DNA of 64,000 bases, taken from NCBI RefSeq assembly GCF_006345805.1, contig NC_043002.1:36580001-36644000 (forward strand), read 5' to 3'. Under the pieces are notes generated by a model. The model was not told where the DNA came from and ran no database searches. It saw only the letters and a list, made by a program, of their open reading frames with translations. The DNA comes from Octopus sinensis (Eukaryota). Both the position numbers and the translations under genes were made by a program. This document shows, in pieces, positions 14,891-28,107 of this stretch. Position 1 is the stretch's first letter. Each line of letters begins with the position of its first letter.

Positions 14891-16212
14891 TCATACAAGT
14901 TCATCACCTTGATAACCAGGGTTAGTGGCACTATCATAAAATTGTTCGATTGAAGAACTTGTTGAACTGACACAGCTAAGTCTACGAGAGGGCAGTGTTG
15001 GAATAGAATGTTGCACCTGTTGCTGTGATGATGGCACCATCAAGTGCGTCTCTTCAACTGACAAATTAGTTAATCCTACTGATGTGCTGGGAACAGGAGT
15101 ATTGTCACTGACATGGACATTGCTTGGGCTGCTTGTAGCATTACTTGCTTTTAAGGTGGCAGTTGGGAGAAAGTCTTTGGGTTCAGCAGCAAGTTCCACA
15201 TCAGAGTGCGTTGACTGGGATTCCAGAAGAGACGAACCTGTTCCAGCAGCCCCCTCTGTATCATTTGAGTTATTTGATGTCTCCCCCAAAACAAAACTAG
15301 AGTTATCAATTCCTGGCTGACTGCTTCCGCTTCGAGAATGGTAAGGATAGTCTAACATGTGCAAATTGTTTTCTCGGCTGGAGGTAGCAGTACCAGTTTT
15401 TGATTGACACTGTTGCAAGTGTTCAGTATTATAACCTATGTTGTGAAGTAGCTGTGTGCTGTCACTTATCTCAGTTAGAGTCAGTGAGGGAGAATGCTGT
15501 GAAAGTTCTGAGAATACATTTTCAGACTCTTGTGATGCATAAACACTAAGTGTTGGTTTCACATCATCATCCTCTTCTTCCCCAGTAATTTTTTTAACCT
15601 CTTCATCACATTCAGCTTCTTCATCAGCCCAATCATTTGACATTGTTTCATCAAACTCAGATGCTGATTCCACTGAATCTTGTCCATAAGTACAGTGTGG
15701 CTGCTGTTTTGAATGAAAAAGAGCAACTGTACTATCTTCTGTTGATGCGCATTTTGTTTTTAAGAATTTATCTCTGATTCTTGTATATTTGGCTCCAGTA
15801 CTTTGACTCCGAAGTAAGTGACGTGAATGACGTTTAGAGGGTGAGTCAATTTTGTTAATATCTAAAAAATTTAAATTATGTCCAAGGTGAGGGTGTGAAC
15901 GTGCATGTTGTTGAGAACTGTGTCTTGGATCAAACTCTCCATCGGATGAATGCTGTACGTTAGGAAAACTTTGATTGACAAAATTCCATGGCCACTTAAG
16001 AGAATTTCTCCTAGGTGTAGCAGTTAATTGTTTTGTTTGGTCTAGATCTTGGTCTGTTCGATCAGTAGGCATTGTTTGTATATATACTCCTTTCAAAGCA
16101 CTATTTGATCCTGAGCTTGATGATGTCGACGAACTGTAGGTCGCTGGACACATCATTTGAAAAGCTGAATTATCCACGGCTAAAGACGAACAGTCAGGAC
16201 CACAATAAAGAC
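14891..16212 (-). CDS. Large coding exon D, Ser/Thr/acidic-rich and probably disordered (GLYCGPDCSSLAVDNSAFQMMCPATY...SATNPGYQGDELV*)
   Basis: 428-aa ORF 14891..16177 extends upstream to acceptor ttttaattgcag|GT at 16212, in phase 1 with exon C. It ends either at the TGA stop (14891) or at a donor CAAG|gtgatg (14908). No recognisable domain, so the product is unnamed. Confidence 0.9.
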
Positions 16213-17137
16213 CTGCAATTAAAACAATTAGTTAATTAATATGAATGGTAAAATTTTTGGTAATATTACTGTTTTTCAATCATTAACATATTAATACATA
16301 AAAGAGAATTGAATTATACCTTCAAACTCATTTCTGAAACTATTTTAGAATTGTTGAGATATATAAGACAAGATAATTCTCGTAATACTATTAATCTACA
16401 CTGAAGTGAAAAGATTTAAGTGCAAGCTATTATACTTGAGGTGGTAAGTCAAAAGTAACTTTTAACTAATTCAAGAAGATAATACAGTTGCTCTTTTCCA
16501 TTCAAATAAGATAAAAGAAATCTTAATGAAATTTATTAACAGAAAGGGTAAGAGAAAGCGCTCCTGAAATTTCAATCAAATTAAATGGTAATATACCAAG
16601 CAAGAATGAGTTTGATCTTTGGCAGCCATGGCAATACCTTCAGACATGTTTTAGTCTTATTGGACCTACTCAACGAAGCACAGTTCACTTAATGCTACCA
16701 AAATCTTCAAACAGCAAATAGAAGTAGTTTTTGTGTCAAGTACATATGGGTATAGAATAATATATTTTGAGATAATGACAGACTGTAAATTATAATAGAG
16801 AAAATAATAAAGCTTAAACATGGCTTATATAAAGATCTCAGATATCAATATGACTGATACAAATAAAATAGACACTTGATATCTAAGCATTCCTTAAGCT
16901 ATTGTTTCTATGAAGGATGATATTAAAACCTAAATTATCATTGAGAGTTAAAAAGCTATATTGATTACAAAACAGAGCTATTTGATTGTGATAATTTTTA
17001 TGTAGCTTGATATGTGTGCAGGTGTGTGTGTGTATTATATGAAGGTAAGTATGTATGTATGTATGCATGCATGTATGTATGTATAACAAACATGATATAG
17101 ATTGGATAAGAAAAAAATATGCTAAATATTTAACCAA

Positions 17138-18070
17138 TTGGGTCTAAGAACCACAATTAGTACTAACCTAAAAGAAGTCAACTTCCTAGATATTACCGTG
17201 AACCTTAGCACAGGAAAATTTAAACCCTACCTCAAACCAAATGAGGAAGCCTCGTACATAGACATAGACTCCAACCACCCACTAGCAGTCATGAAACAAT
17301 TAGTTAATAACATTAGTAGGCATGTCTCCAATCTGTCTGCTGATAAAGACATTTTTGAAAAGGTTGCCCCATACTATAATGCTGCATTAGAAAGGTCCAG
17401 CTTCAAGAACAGTATAAACTACATTGAACCAAATACAGATACATCAAGAAGATGTAGAAAGAGGAAAATCTTATGGTTTGACTCATAGCATGAATGTAGT
17501 CACTAAAATAGCTAAGAAATTCTTAAAATTAATGGACAATCACTTCCCACATTCACACAAATACCATAAGACCTTCAACAGAAATGCTGGTAAAGTTAGC
17601 TATACTTGGCTCCCCAATACAAGGTCAATAAAACTCAACCACAATAAAAATAAACACACCAGAAATACCCCCAAAAGACACTGCAACTGTAGATCTCTAA
17701 ACCACTGTCCTCTAAATAATAACTGTCTGAAAAAATCATGGTTCCCAACAGAGTAACAAAAGGCATGATTTGGAACGATGGGCAACTCATTCAAAAAAAG
17801 ATACACACAACACCTGATGTCATTCAGGGATGAAAATAAAAGACATGCCACACCCCTATCCAATATGATATGGATATTGAAAGTAAGCAACCCCCAGATA
17901 ATATACAGAGGACAGGGTATCAAGTGTGAGCTCTGTATCACTGAAAAGTTAAATATCATAGTCAACAGGTAACATATTAAATATTAGGGATGAAACCTCT
18001 CCCTGCATACACAGGCAATATTTCACACTCAAACACTTCAAAGAGGAACCAGCTTGCGCACCACCAATTG
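17138..18070 (+). mobile_element. 5'-truncated, frameshifted Penelope-like retroelement (RT C-terminus, Cys-rich linker, GIY-YIG endonuclease region)
   Basis: ORF pieces: VNFLDITVNL...YIDIDSNHP (PLE RT thumb), KRKILWF, KVSYTW, CNCRSLNHCPLNNNC, FKKRYTQHLMSFR...TPLSNMIWILK, CELCITEKLNII. Confidence 0.9.
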
Positions 18071-20171
18071 CACCGGGATAATTTCTTTCCCTGAATGTCA
18101 ACAATGAATATATACATCACACAAACTCCACATATAGACAACACCTGCCCAAGGAGTTATACAATGGGATTGATCCCAGAACCATATAACTGAGAAGCAA
18201 ACTTCTTACTACACATATACAGGCACACATACATAAATACAAAAGAGGCTCTTCTAAGCTATTTTAGGTCTTTCTGATGGGCTAAAATTAATGTAGTTAA
18301 CATTCAATTTGAATTGGTAGTTTGATTGAATTGCTACATATAAAGAGTAGAGGAGCAAAACAGTTTAGTAGGAAATTCTGAAGGTGGTAGAAAAAAATAG
18401 GTGATTAATTTATTACTATCATCATTGTTTTTCAGTGCTGGTTTGAGTTGCATGAGATTTTCTGAAGCAGTATTATAGGGCTGGATGCCCTACCCAATGC
18501 TAACTCTTACTTGTTTTCTAGTAAGGTATTTTATTTCACTGGTTTTTCACGTCAAACTGCTAAGGTGTGGGATAAATCGTTTATGATGGACAGGAAAAAA
18601 TGAAACCAGAAAGTAGTGTCAATGCAAAGACTCAAAGAGACACTAACACACATACATATGCAAGTAGACACACAGACAAACATTGGGCTTCAATCCAATT
18701 GTCATTAACTAAATTTCATTCACAGGACATTAGCTGAAGCTGTAGTAGGAGATATTTTTCCAAAGTACCATACAGTGGGACTGAGCCTAAAATGATGTGT
18801 TTGTGAACTGTTTATGAAACTGTTTGTGTCATGTGGTAGCATATAGATATTGATTATGAGGCTGCTTATCAATCTTTTTACATTCAATTTATTGAATGGT
18901 ATACTTTTTCCATGCCTTGACATTGTACAATAGTTGCAAATGAGTGTCACTGTCATAAAAGCAATGCCAATAGTTTCTGAATTTAAAAATATGTCCAGTA
19001 ATGGAAAATTGTTATTTTGCTTGGGAACAAGTGAGGGTTGGCAACAAGGGCATCTGGCTGTAGCCTCATCCTTAACAAATTAATATCAGATTTATACCGG
19101 CTTTCAGTTACATTATCACTGACAATTACTTCATGTTTTACAGATACAAATAAGTGATATTCAACAACTGGTTTGTTCCATACCTGTTTTTCCATGCATA
19201 AATGGATTAGAGTAATATAACCAACCATACTTTTTTAGAAAATCTGATAGCAGAAAAATGGTGCTTAGTATGCCATAATTTCTCCAAACAGTACTTCGCA
19301 GAATTTATATTCTCCTAAAGACTGGCTTAATGAGATCTAAGGGATGCCTCCATCCCATTGGTCTTACAGTGTGCTGGATACTAACCCAGAATTTCTGATA
19401 TTACTCAATTGTCACTGACCCTTCAGTGGACTTATCCATCTCATTTATTTTGTCCTGTTGGATTTCTGGTAACGTTCCTCACCAGGCTAGTCTGGTGAGG
19501 GTGATTGCTAAGTTGCCAATAATCTGATCATGCAACAGGTTGCATTGGTTTACATATACACATATATATGTGCAGCTGTATGTATCTAGTCCAGAATATT
19601 AGCTTGTCAACCTCCATGCTGGAAAAACTGGAAAACATTTAGATTTAAAATAAAATATAAGCCAGATTTTGTTTTGGGAAAAATACAAACAAGAAAACAA
19701 CAAAAACAAATTTGAGCAAAATGACCAGTGAATTTATAGGTTTCCAGATAGGTAAGTGGTTAAGTACTCTTTCCTTCATTCAAAATATCATCATCATCAT
19801 TTAATGTCAGTTTTTTGTGCTGGCATTGAATGAATGGTTTGACAGAATCTGGCAAGCCACATGGCTGTGTCAAGCTTCAGTGTCAGCTTTGGCATGGTTT
19901 TTGCAGCTTGACACCCTTCCAAACACCAGCCACTTTACAGAGTCTACTGAGTGCTTTTTATATGACACTGGCACCAGTGCACACACACACACACACACAC
20001 ATGACTATATATATATTGTGAGGTTACCAAGAAATTGCAAAATGGGAAAAGAACAAGAAAAAGTACCCTGTCCCAACTAAATAGAAGGGGACTATTTAAG
20101 ATAGAACAAAAACAAAAAAAATTCACAAATAAAGAAACAAACAAAAATGAAAGAAATCAATGAAAAATTAC

Positions 20172-20409
20172 CTATTCCAGTACTTGTTCCTGGTGTAGCA
20201 TCATCATTATCATCGAGCAGTTGTGGCTCACCACTTGGGGGTCTTACATTAAAGGTAAAATTTGGAGGCAGTGAAATTTGCTTGGTTACAGCATTTCTCA
20301 CTTTCAATTCATTTTCATCTTCTTCTATGCAAGTCACTTCAAGTGTGTCCCCTGTGTTGACAGAAGGCATCGTGTCGGCGACTGTTGTCATTACTATCGA
20401 TGGTTTTTC
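20172..20409 (-). CDS. Internal coding exon C (EKPSIVMTTVADTMPSVNTGDTLEVTCIEEDENELKVRNAVTKQISLPPNFTFNVRPPSGEPQLLDDNDDATPGTSTGI)
   Basis: Lies within ORF 20092..20415; acceptor ttcttccatgcag|GAA (phase 0) and donor ATAG|gtaatt (phase 1); 238 nt. Confidence 0.85.
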
Positions 20410-20763
20410 CTGCATGGAAGAAAAACAGTGAGAAAAACTTGAGAAAACTGGAAGAGAATGTTTGGTATCAATGCTCAGTTATTGTATGTTTTTAGTCATT
20501 GGACTCTGGTTATACACAAGCACTGCTTTCAAATGTTTTGGTCAGTGATATGTAGCCCAATACTTGTTTCAGTCTGATATTTAGTTTATTAATCTATATT
20601 TATTGAGTGGTTAATTTTTATCTTTCTGGGACAGACTGTGTACAGATACACATACAACTTCTATATAGTTTCTGCCTGCCAAATTCTACACACAAGGCAT
20701 TGGACAACTTATGTCTATAGTAGAAGACAATAGTAGAAGACAATAGTCTATAGTAGAAGACAA

Positions 20764-20997
20764 AAAGGCGGTGAGCTGGCAGAAACGTTAGCACGCTGGG
20801 CGAAATGCGTAGCTGTATTTCGTCTGTCGTCACGTTCCGAGTTCAAATTCCGTCGAGGTCGACTTTGCCTTTCATCCTTTCGGGGTCGATGAATTAAGTA
20901 CCAGTTACACACTGGGGTCGATATAATCGACTTAATCCGTTTGTCTGTCCTTGTTTGTCCCGTCTGTGTTTAGCCCCTTGTGGGTAGTAAAGAAATA
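20764..20997 (+). mobile_element. Young family-A SINE with a 15-bp TSD
   Basis: aaggcggtgagctggcagaaacgttagcacg...gggtagtaaagaaata with CpGs intact; flanked by tatagtagaagacaa at 20749-20763 and 20998-21012. Confidence 0.95.
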
Positions 20998-21049
20998 TAT
21001 AGTAGAAGACAATTGTCCAAGGTACCATATTGTGAGATTGAATCAGAAA

Positions 21050-21720
21050 CCATGAGGTCACAAAGCCGTATCTGTGTCTATGATAGCCATGCTTGAATGC
21101 AGTGACATTTCCTCCCAGAAGAGTCAGATGACTTTTGAAAACTTTAAATCCTAGCATTGGTTTTTCTTCTGAAGAAATAAAGTTCTAGCAGGCATGAGCT
21201 TCTACAAAAGTGTAGTTTAATCAACATCAAGAATTATTTTAGTTGTTTAGTATATTAGTAGCAACCTCTATATCAACAATGGCAACTTTGCCAGTCGTAT
21301 TTATTTTCTTAAAACCTTTACAGCCAGCATTTGCTAGCCAGAAAATGTTTATCATTAGAAGTTTCACCTTCCTTTTTTTGCAATTCATCATACAAACTTT
21401 TGGCTTTTTCTTAATTACTGTCATACTTATTAGCACAATGCCTTGAGTTTGATTCTCAATCCATCCACCCCAAAGCTGTCTCATTTTAAGTATCACATTA
21501 TATTAGATCTAAGACAAAATAAGGTTCAAGCAGTTAACAGTAACTTCTTGAGCACTTATAATAATTTTCTACCTATGGTTACATATTGTTTCCTCTGTAC
21601 TCATTGCAAGTGCCTAACTTTTCCTTTTGCATCAAGCTTTTTAAAAAAAATCAAGTTTAATATCCAGTGTAATCTTTTTACAGTTCCTTTTTGCATGCCT
21701 AACTTACGTTCCACTTGATG
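21050..21720 (-). mobile_element. Degenerate Tigger/pogo-family transposase fossil
   Basis: Frame-broken translation KITLDIKLDF.KKLD (HTH-psq), WIENQTQ, EKAKSLYDEL, FLASKCW, GKVAIVD, MPART, GFKVFKSHLTLLGGN parallels the CENP-B/Tigger motif order. Confidence 0.8.
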
Positions 21721-22410
21721 GCTTCTTTCCAGAATTTTTCCTGTGGCAGTGATCAAGAATTATCAACAACAAATATGTATTTTAAAAAATAGCACAAGAA
21801 CTGCATTGTGAGGGCAAAGAAACTGTTGTCCTATTCTTCTGAATATAATGGAAATGAGATGATGAAAAGATGGAGTGAGGTGACTGGAAGTATTGTATGA
21901 TTTCATTTACTTGAAGGGTTACCAGGTTCAAGGGCACTTCACCCTTCCACCTCTGACTTAAGCCATAAAACCTTCACATTTCACACACACACCATGTTGT
22001 TGACAAACAACATATGAAGCTACAGACATTAATACTATTAATTTTGTTACCAGTTGTTTATTCAAAAGTTGGTGGGTACTGTTGTTGTGATGGTCATATT
22101 CTTGTTAATTGCATTGCTGCTGCTGTTTAATATCAGTCAGTCTTCAATGACTTAAAATGAAAGACATTTCATTCAACATTCAAAAACAAGAGTATATTAT
22201 CTTATGTGTTTTGATTTGGGGTGGTGGTGGAAATGTTTATCACTGTTATACTCTTCATACATGTGTCTTAACAAATGTTATATAAAACATGTATGTATTG
22301 AATTAAATTATCTAATTCCTCACAATCATGTACCATTCTGTTGGGATAGAGGAGATATTTAAGGTTGGTGACATTTATACATTGAAACGAGATATTATAT
22401 GATATTATAC

Positions 22411-22533
22411 CTCAATTTCTTGTATTGGTTTAGGATTTTTTAAATTGTTAAGAGCTGCTTGTTCCTGTGCTTTGCTGAGAGCCTCAAGTTCAGCTTCAAA
22501 ATCAGCATCCTCATCCATATGCTTGTGAGACTC
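22411..22533 (-). CDS. Internal coding exon B (ESHKHMDEDADFEAELEALSKAQEQAALNNLKNPKPIQEIE)
   Basis: Pyrimidine-rich acceptor ttctccttag|GAG and donor ATTGAG|gtataa; 123 nt, phase 0-0, open frame; phase matches exon 20409. Confidence 0.85.
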
Positions 22534-24769
22534 CTAAGGAGAATTATTAAAGAAGAGAAAATTATTTGTTATCCTTTAAAAAAATTAACTTAGAAACAAC
22601 AATAAACAAACATAAATGTATTATTTTCATTCAAGGTAATTCAGTAACAAAATAAATGTCATAAATTATTAGCATTGATAATTTTGTCAAAGTTTGCATC
22701 CTATGGGCTAGTGCAATATTTCATTCAATATTCTTAGATGGTTTCTTATGGGATTCAGTAATTATGTAGAATAAAAAGAAAATACATTTGTGTCTATATA
22801 TCAACTGCATCATTTCCCATTGAAATATATTTATCAATAGTGTCACGAAATGTTTTCTTAGCTTTGTTCTAATTTGTCCAGCTACCCTTAGCATCTAAAG
22901 TCTGATACCAGGTGTAAATTTCTATGTATAAATGTTCACATCTTTATGATGATTCAGTAGTAACTCTTGCAATGTTTCCTATATAATTATGGCATTGAGA
23001 TGGTTCAGCTGTTCAGATAAACTGTAAAGAAGCCAGAGTTAATATTCTTAATTTCATCCATGTTAGTATTGAGGCTGAAAGTTAAAAAAAAACTTGTGAT
23101 CTAGTGTTGGTTTTGTCTAGCTATACAGAAAGCAATGAATTTATATGATAGGAAATTTGATATCATAATATTTATATCTTTCCCAGAGGTTTTAACTACA
23201 TAAATGAAATGCAAGGGATTCAACCAAAAATCGAAAAATGGGAAGTGGACTTGGTTCTTCACAAGCTTATTTAATGGTACCCAACAGATTACAATCAATA
23301 TAGAGAAAAACAAAATGTTCATATTAAGTGCCTAACTTAAATGAGTGACATCTAGATGAAATCTTTTAAGCTGTATTTCTGAAATTCTGTTTCAGGTAGC
23401 AAAATGTTTACATCAAAGTTAGAGAAAAAGTTTTAAAAAAAAAAGAGGCATTAATCTCAGTTTAATGTGTTACCATAAAATAGTGTCTGACCATGGGTTT
23501 TAGGCCACTGTAAAACAGCAACTAGAACATAAAGATCAGACTATGCACAAAAGCAAAACAGAAAGATAACATTTAAAGATTTTCAATGCTTACAGAAGAA
23601 TATAAGAATTTTAGCTAAAATCAAAATAATTTTGCGTTTCTGGAAATCTAGAGATAATTAATGTTTCCAGTGAAAAGTGAATTAAATGAGACCAATCTCA
23701 TCCCCAGAATAGAAATATAAGCAAATAGCTTCAAGACTGCAGGGATACTGAAAATTCAGAAAGAATATCTTAAGGACAGTCAAGTGAAATTTGTATTATA
23801 TACACATATTTATAATAAAAATGTAAAAATATTCAGAAATTATTTATGAAATTCAAATCTCTTTTCCTTTTAGCTCTTTATAATTTACATTCTCTTTCAT
23901 TATTTATGCATGCATAAATGTGCTTGCTCATTAAGAAATTAATGTCTTTGTAGATGAGAAATAAAATCAGAAATATACACTGATATAAAATGTACATGAA
24001 TGGAAATAATCTACATTCATATCTGAGGCAGTTAAAGATTGTGGCTGTTAATGCTTGATTTAAGTAAACTGCATGGATTTTGAGACAAAGGGATTTTTGT
24101 GAAGAAATCTAAATTATTCAGGGATGATAACTTCAGTATTTGAAAGCATGTAGTAAATGTGAATAAAATGTAGCTATCATTAAAGGATTTTGAAAATGAA
24201 CAAGTAGCTACACAGGACGGTACATACCAACAAAGAGGTTGTTGTGTATGATATCATTAATAAGATTATTTGTAAATCCCATGAAGATTTTATTATTACA
24301 TGTACATTATGGCTATTCATAATTCAGCATGTGAAACATCATCTTATAACATCAATTTTTAAATACACACACACACAGGTGTAAGCATGGTTGTGTAGAT
24401 ATAAATCTTGCTTTGTCAGCACATCAGTTCAAGTTCTATTTCACTGAATGGCATTTTACTCAAGTGTCTTAATATTACTTCATTTCAACCAAAGCTTTTT
24501 CAGTAGAATTGGTAGACAGAAACTTAATGGAAACATGCACACACACACACACATATATGTATATATAGTATCATTTTAACATTCGCTTTTCCATGCTTAT
24601 ATTGGTTGGACAGAGTTTACTGAGGTAGATTTTCTATGGCTGGATGCCCTCCCTGTTGCCAATCCTTTCCGGTTTCGAAGCAAGGTAATATTTTCCCATG
24701 GTCAGACATCTTTTATAGAATATAGGAAATGAATGATACACATTTATAAAAATTATGTGATGTCAAGAT

Positions 24770-24828
<59 letters not shown>

Positions 24829-25181
24829 GACACACATGCACACACAAACAAACATATACACATCTGTTGAGAGAAAAGTGTTTCTTAATTTATTTTGTGA
24901 TTGTGAATATACAATGAATATAGATTTTAAGACAAGCAGTAAAGCAAATACAATTAAAAGAGAAATTGATGAAATAGTGAAAAGTACATTTATTTTTTAC
25001 CAAGAGATTAAACAATTTTGTAATATATAAGATCAAACTGAGCCTAAATATGTATGCAAGCATGTGCATTTATGCATGTGTATACATGTTTATCAATTAT
25101 ATATATATCTATCTATATATATACACACACACACATTTATAAATATAAACATATCTATATATGTGTGTATATATAAACATG

Positions 25182-25257
<76 letters not shown>

Positions 25258-27358
25258 ATATATATATAAATATATATACATACACATATTTACATAAGTG
25301 TGCATCTACTCTACACACACATTTATACCTGTATTCAAAATAGAAAAGATAAAAAAAAAATCCTATTTGCAAACATGAATATTATCAGAATATTCATAAA
25401 CAAAAATATTATTATAACAATATTTAATTATATGTAAATATCATTACTGGATAGTTTCAGATCTAGTTTATTTTAAAATGAAATTAAATATATTTGAAAT
25501 AAAAATGAATATTCTAATCACCCCTTAAAAAAGCAAATTTATTTGTTTTTTTTTTAATAGTAGGTGCCCCAGCATGGCTGCAGTCCAATGACTGAAACAA
25601 GTAAAAGATAAAAGAAAAAGAAAAACTTAATTTCATGTTTTTTTTATGATATTTAATGGGAAATTTGTGCAAGAGTGAAGTTTTGGTTTGTTGATGGACA
25701 GTGTTCTACTGTGAAAGACAAAACGACATGAAAGACAATATAAGCAGAGACTATGGAGGTGATAAAGCAATAGTGATTAGCATCAAGGTAAACTAAAACA
25801 TAGTCAACATAATCAAACACTAGAATTCAAGGAGACTAGTGATGGACAGTCTGCACCAGTGAAAATTAGTTCAATGAAAAAAAAAAAAAGTAATGAAAAA
25901 AAAGCAAGCTCAGTTTGCTTGCAAAATTTTAGAGTTTTCTCTTCTTATAGCAGAATGGACATCACTAGATTTTTGATCTTTTTAAAACCAATATTGAGTT
26001 TTGCGCTGAAACTAAATACAAATACAGTCAAAATCATCACCAAATCAGACCCATTCACACAAGAATATGTTATTAGCTTCTTTATCTTGGTTATGCTTTA
26101 TGTTATACACACTTTCTTAATTGGATTTTTAAAAGAAGAGAAAAAAATGAACTTGATATTCTGTTAATTATATGTATAATGTATATGTATAAATTTTCAG
26201 AGAATGATGCTAGTTTCATTATGATGATGAATTGACACAGTTTTTTTTCTAAGAATGTTGTGTGTATGCGAATGCATCCATATTTGCGTATAAAGTGTGT
26301 ATATGTTTTGTGTGACTAATGTATTTGTGTTTATGTGTATGGATATAATGATGAATATGCATGTTTTTTGTATCTGTGTTTTTGTGTGCTTATATATTGA
26401 TATATGTTTAACTTACTGTAGATGTGAGTACATGTTTTGAGTTATATACAATTTAATTACATACATTCATTTACATAAATTATTTTATTTTTATTTTCAA
26501 ATGGCAGCATAGAGAAAGTTTAGATTTTATATATGAAAACAAAAAAAAATATAAGTTAAACATGAAATATATTAATTCACCATGTGAATAGTGAACAGCA
26601 AAATCAAAATGAAGACTTACATATTCCTTATTAATATGTTAAGGCAAATGTGAACATGAATATACAAATTGCTGTCATGGTTTGACATTGGAGAACAATT
26701 CTTTTGTGTGTTCATAATATAAATGATTAATGTAAAGGGATTTTGGGGCACCTGGTTGGCAGATATCAATATGCATCAGCAAATAATTTGTTTGCTGAAG
26801 TTATAAACAGGAGCTACAAACTCAGTTAGATTCATTAGTATGGGATACCTGTAACTGATGAGACACAACAATGTCAAAACACTGGGTATCTCAAAGTCTC
26901 CTTATGCTAATGAATCAAGTGAACTATGAATGATGGGAGGTGTTCTTCCATGATCAAACACACCATTGATTAGCATATTCATGTTTGAATCTGCTGGAAC
27001 ATATCAAAAATGAATATGTAAGTCATCATCATCATCATAGAATATATTCTTTGGTATCAAAGTTTCCTGTGAAAGTATCATCAATATATTTAAGATTGTA
27101 GATCTTTTAAAATTCATTTTAACCTGGGTTGGGTGGTTCATCAAATTTGTATTTAATAGATAGATGCCCTTTCTAATATCACCCATTCAATTGCTGAGAA
27201 GCAATAGCTCATATTTTAAAGCTAGGCTGATAATACATTTGATTAAAGTTGCAATATAACATTTATATTGCAGGATATAATTCTGTAATACTTGAAGTTG
27301 ATTTTACTCATATATACCTAATACAGACACATACATACATGTGAGGGAAACATAGAAG

Positions 27359-27463
<105 letters not shown>

Positions 27464-27957
27464 AAGAGAGAAAGAAAGAGAGAGAGAAGCATATGCATCC
27501 AGCCCATGCCAGACATTAAATGATAACGATAATGATGATGATACATATCCTTGTTTTAACATCTACTTTTTTATATTTGCATATAAATGAGAGCATGTGG
27601 AGGTAGAGCTTTTCTATGGCTGGATGCCTTTCTGTCACCAACCCCCACTAGTTTCCAAGTGAGGTGATAAACTATTAGTCTTTCAAACAACTAACAGTCT
27701 GGACATGTTTAATATGGGCAACGCAAAACAAATGACACTGTGTGAGGAGGATTTTGTTTACAAAGATTACACATGTTGAGAAACCTGGATATCTTTTCAT
27801 GGTGCACTACAAGTCAATGGCACTGGAAAGAAGCCATTGTTTACAAACCAGAGAACATAAGAGTAATACAAAAACACAGACATATGTACACAAACACATA
27901 TATATGAACACTATACAAATATTCTTTAAAAAAAACTTTTCTTTTAATTTTTCTAAA

Positions 27958-28056
27958 TTTAATTGTTTAATTGTCACAGTCGAAAAAGTCTCAATGACCG
28001 AAACCGGTACTGAAATGTTTTTTATAAAATTATTTTAGCATTTTCTATCTTGACTT
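27958..28056. repeat. Short dispersed repeat (gaaaccggtactgaaatgttttttataaaattattttagc); an inverted copy lies at ~53392-53500
   Basis: The two segments are reverse complements by eye. Confidence 0.75.
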
Positions 28057-28107
28057 TTTTTTCCATATACATACATACATACATACATATATATATATAT
28101 ATGTATA

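Noticed and set aside
15084-15320. 78-aa plus-strand ORF with a signal-like start
   Set aside because: Antisense shadow of the large coding exon.
20709-20763. Short direct repeats tagtagaagacaa x3 (CRISPR-like at a glance)
   Set aside because: No unique spacers; this is local slippage at the SINE target site in eukaryotic DNA.
20764-20860. tRNA-like heads of the SINEs as tRNA genes
   Set aside because: They continue into a SINE body and tail and lack a complete cloverleaf.
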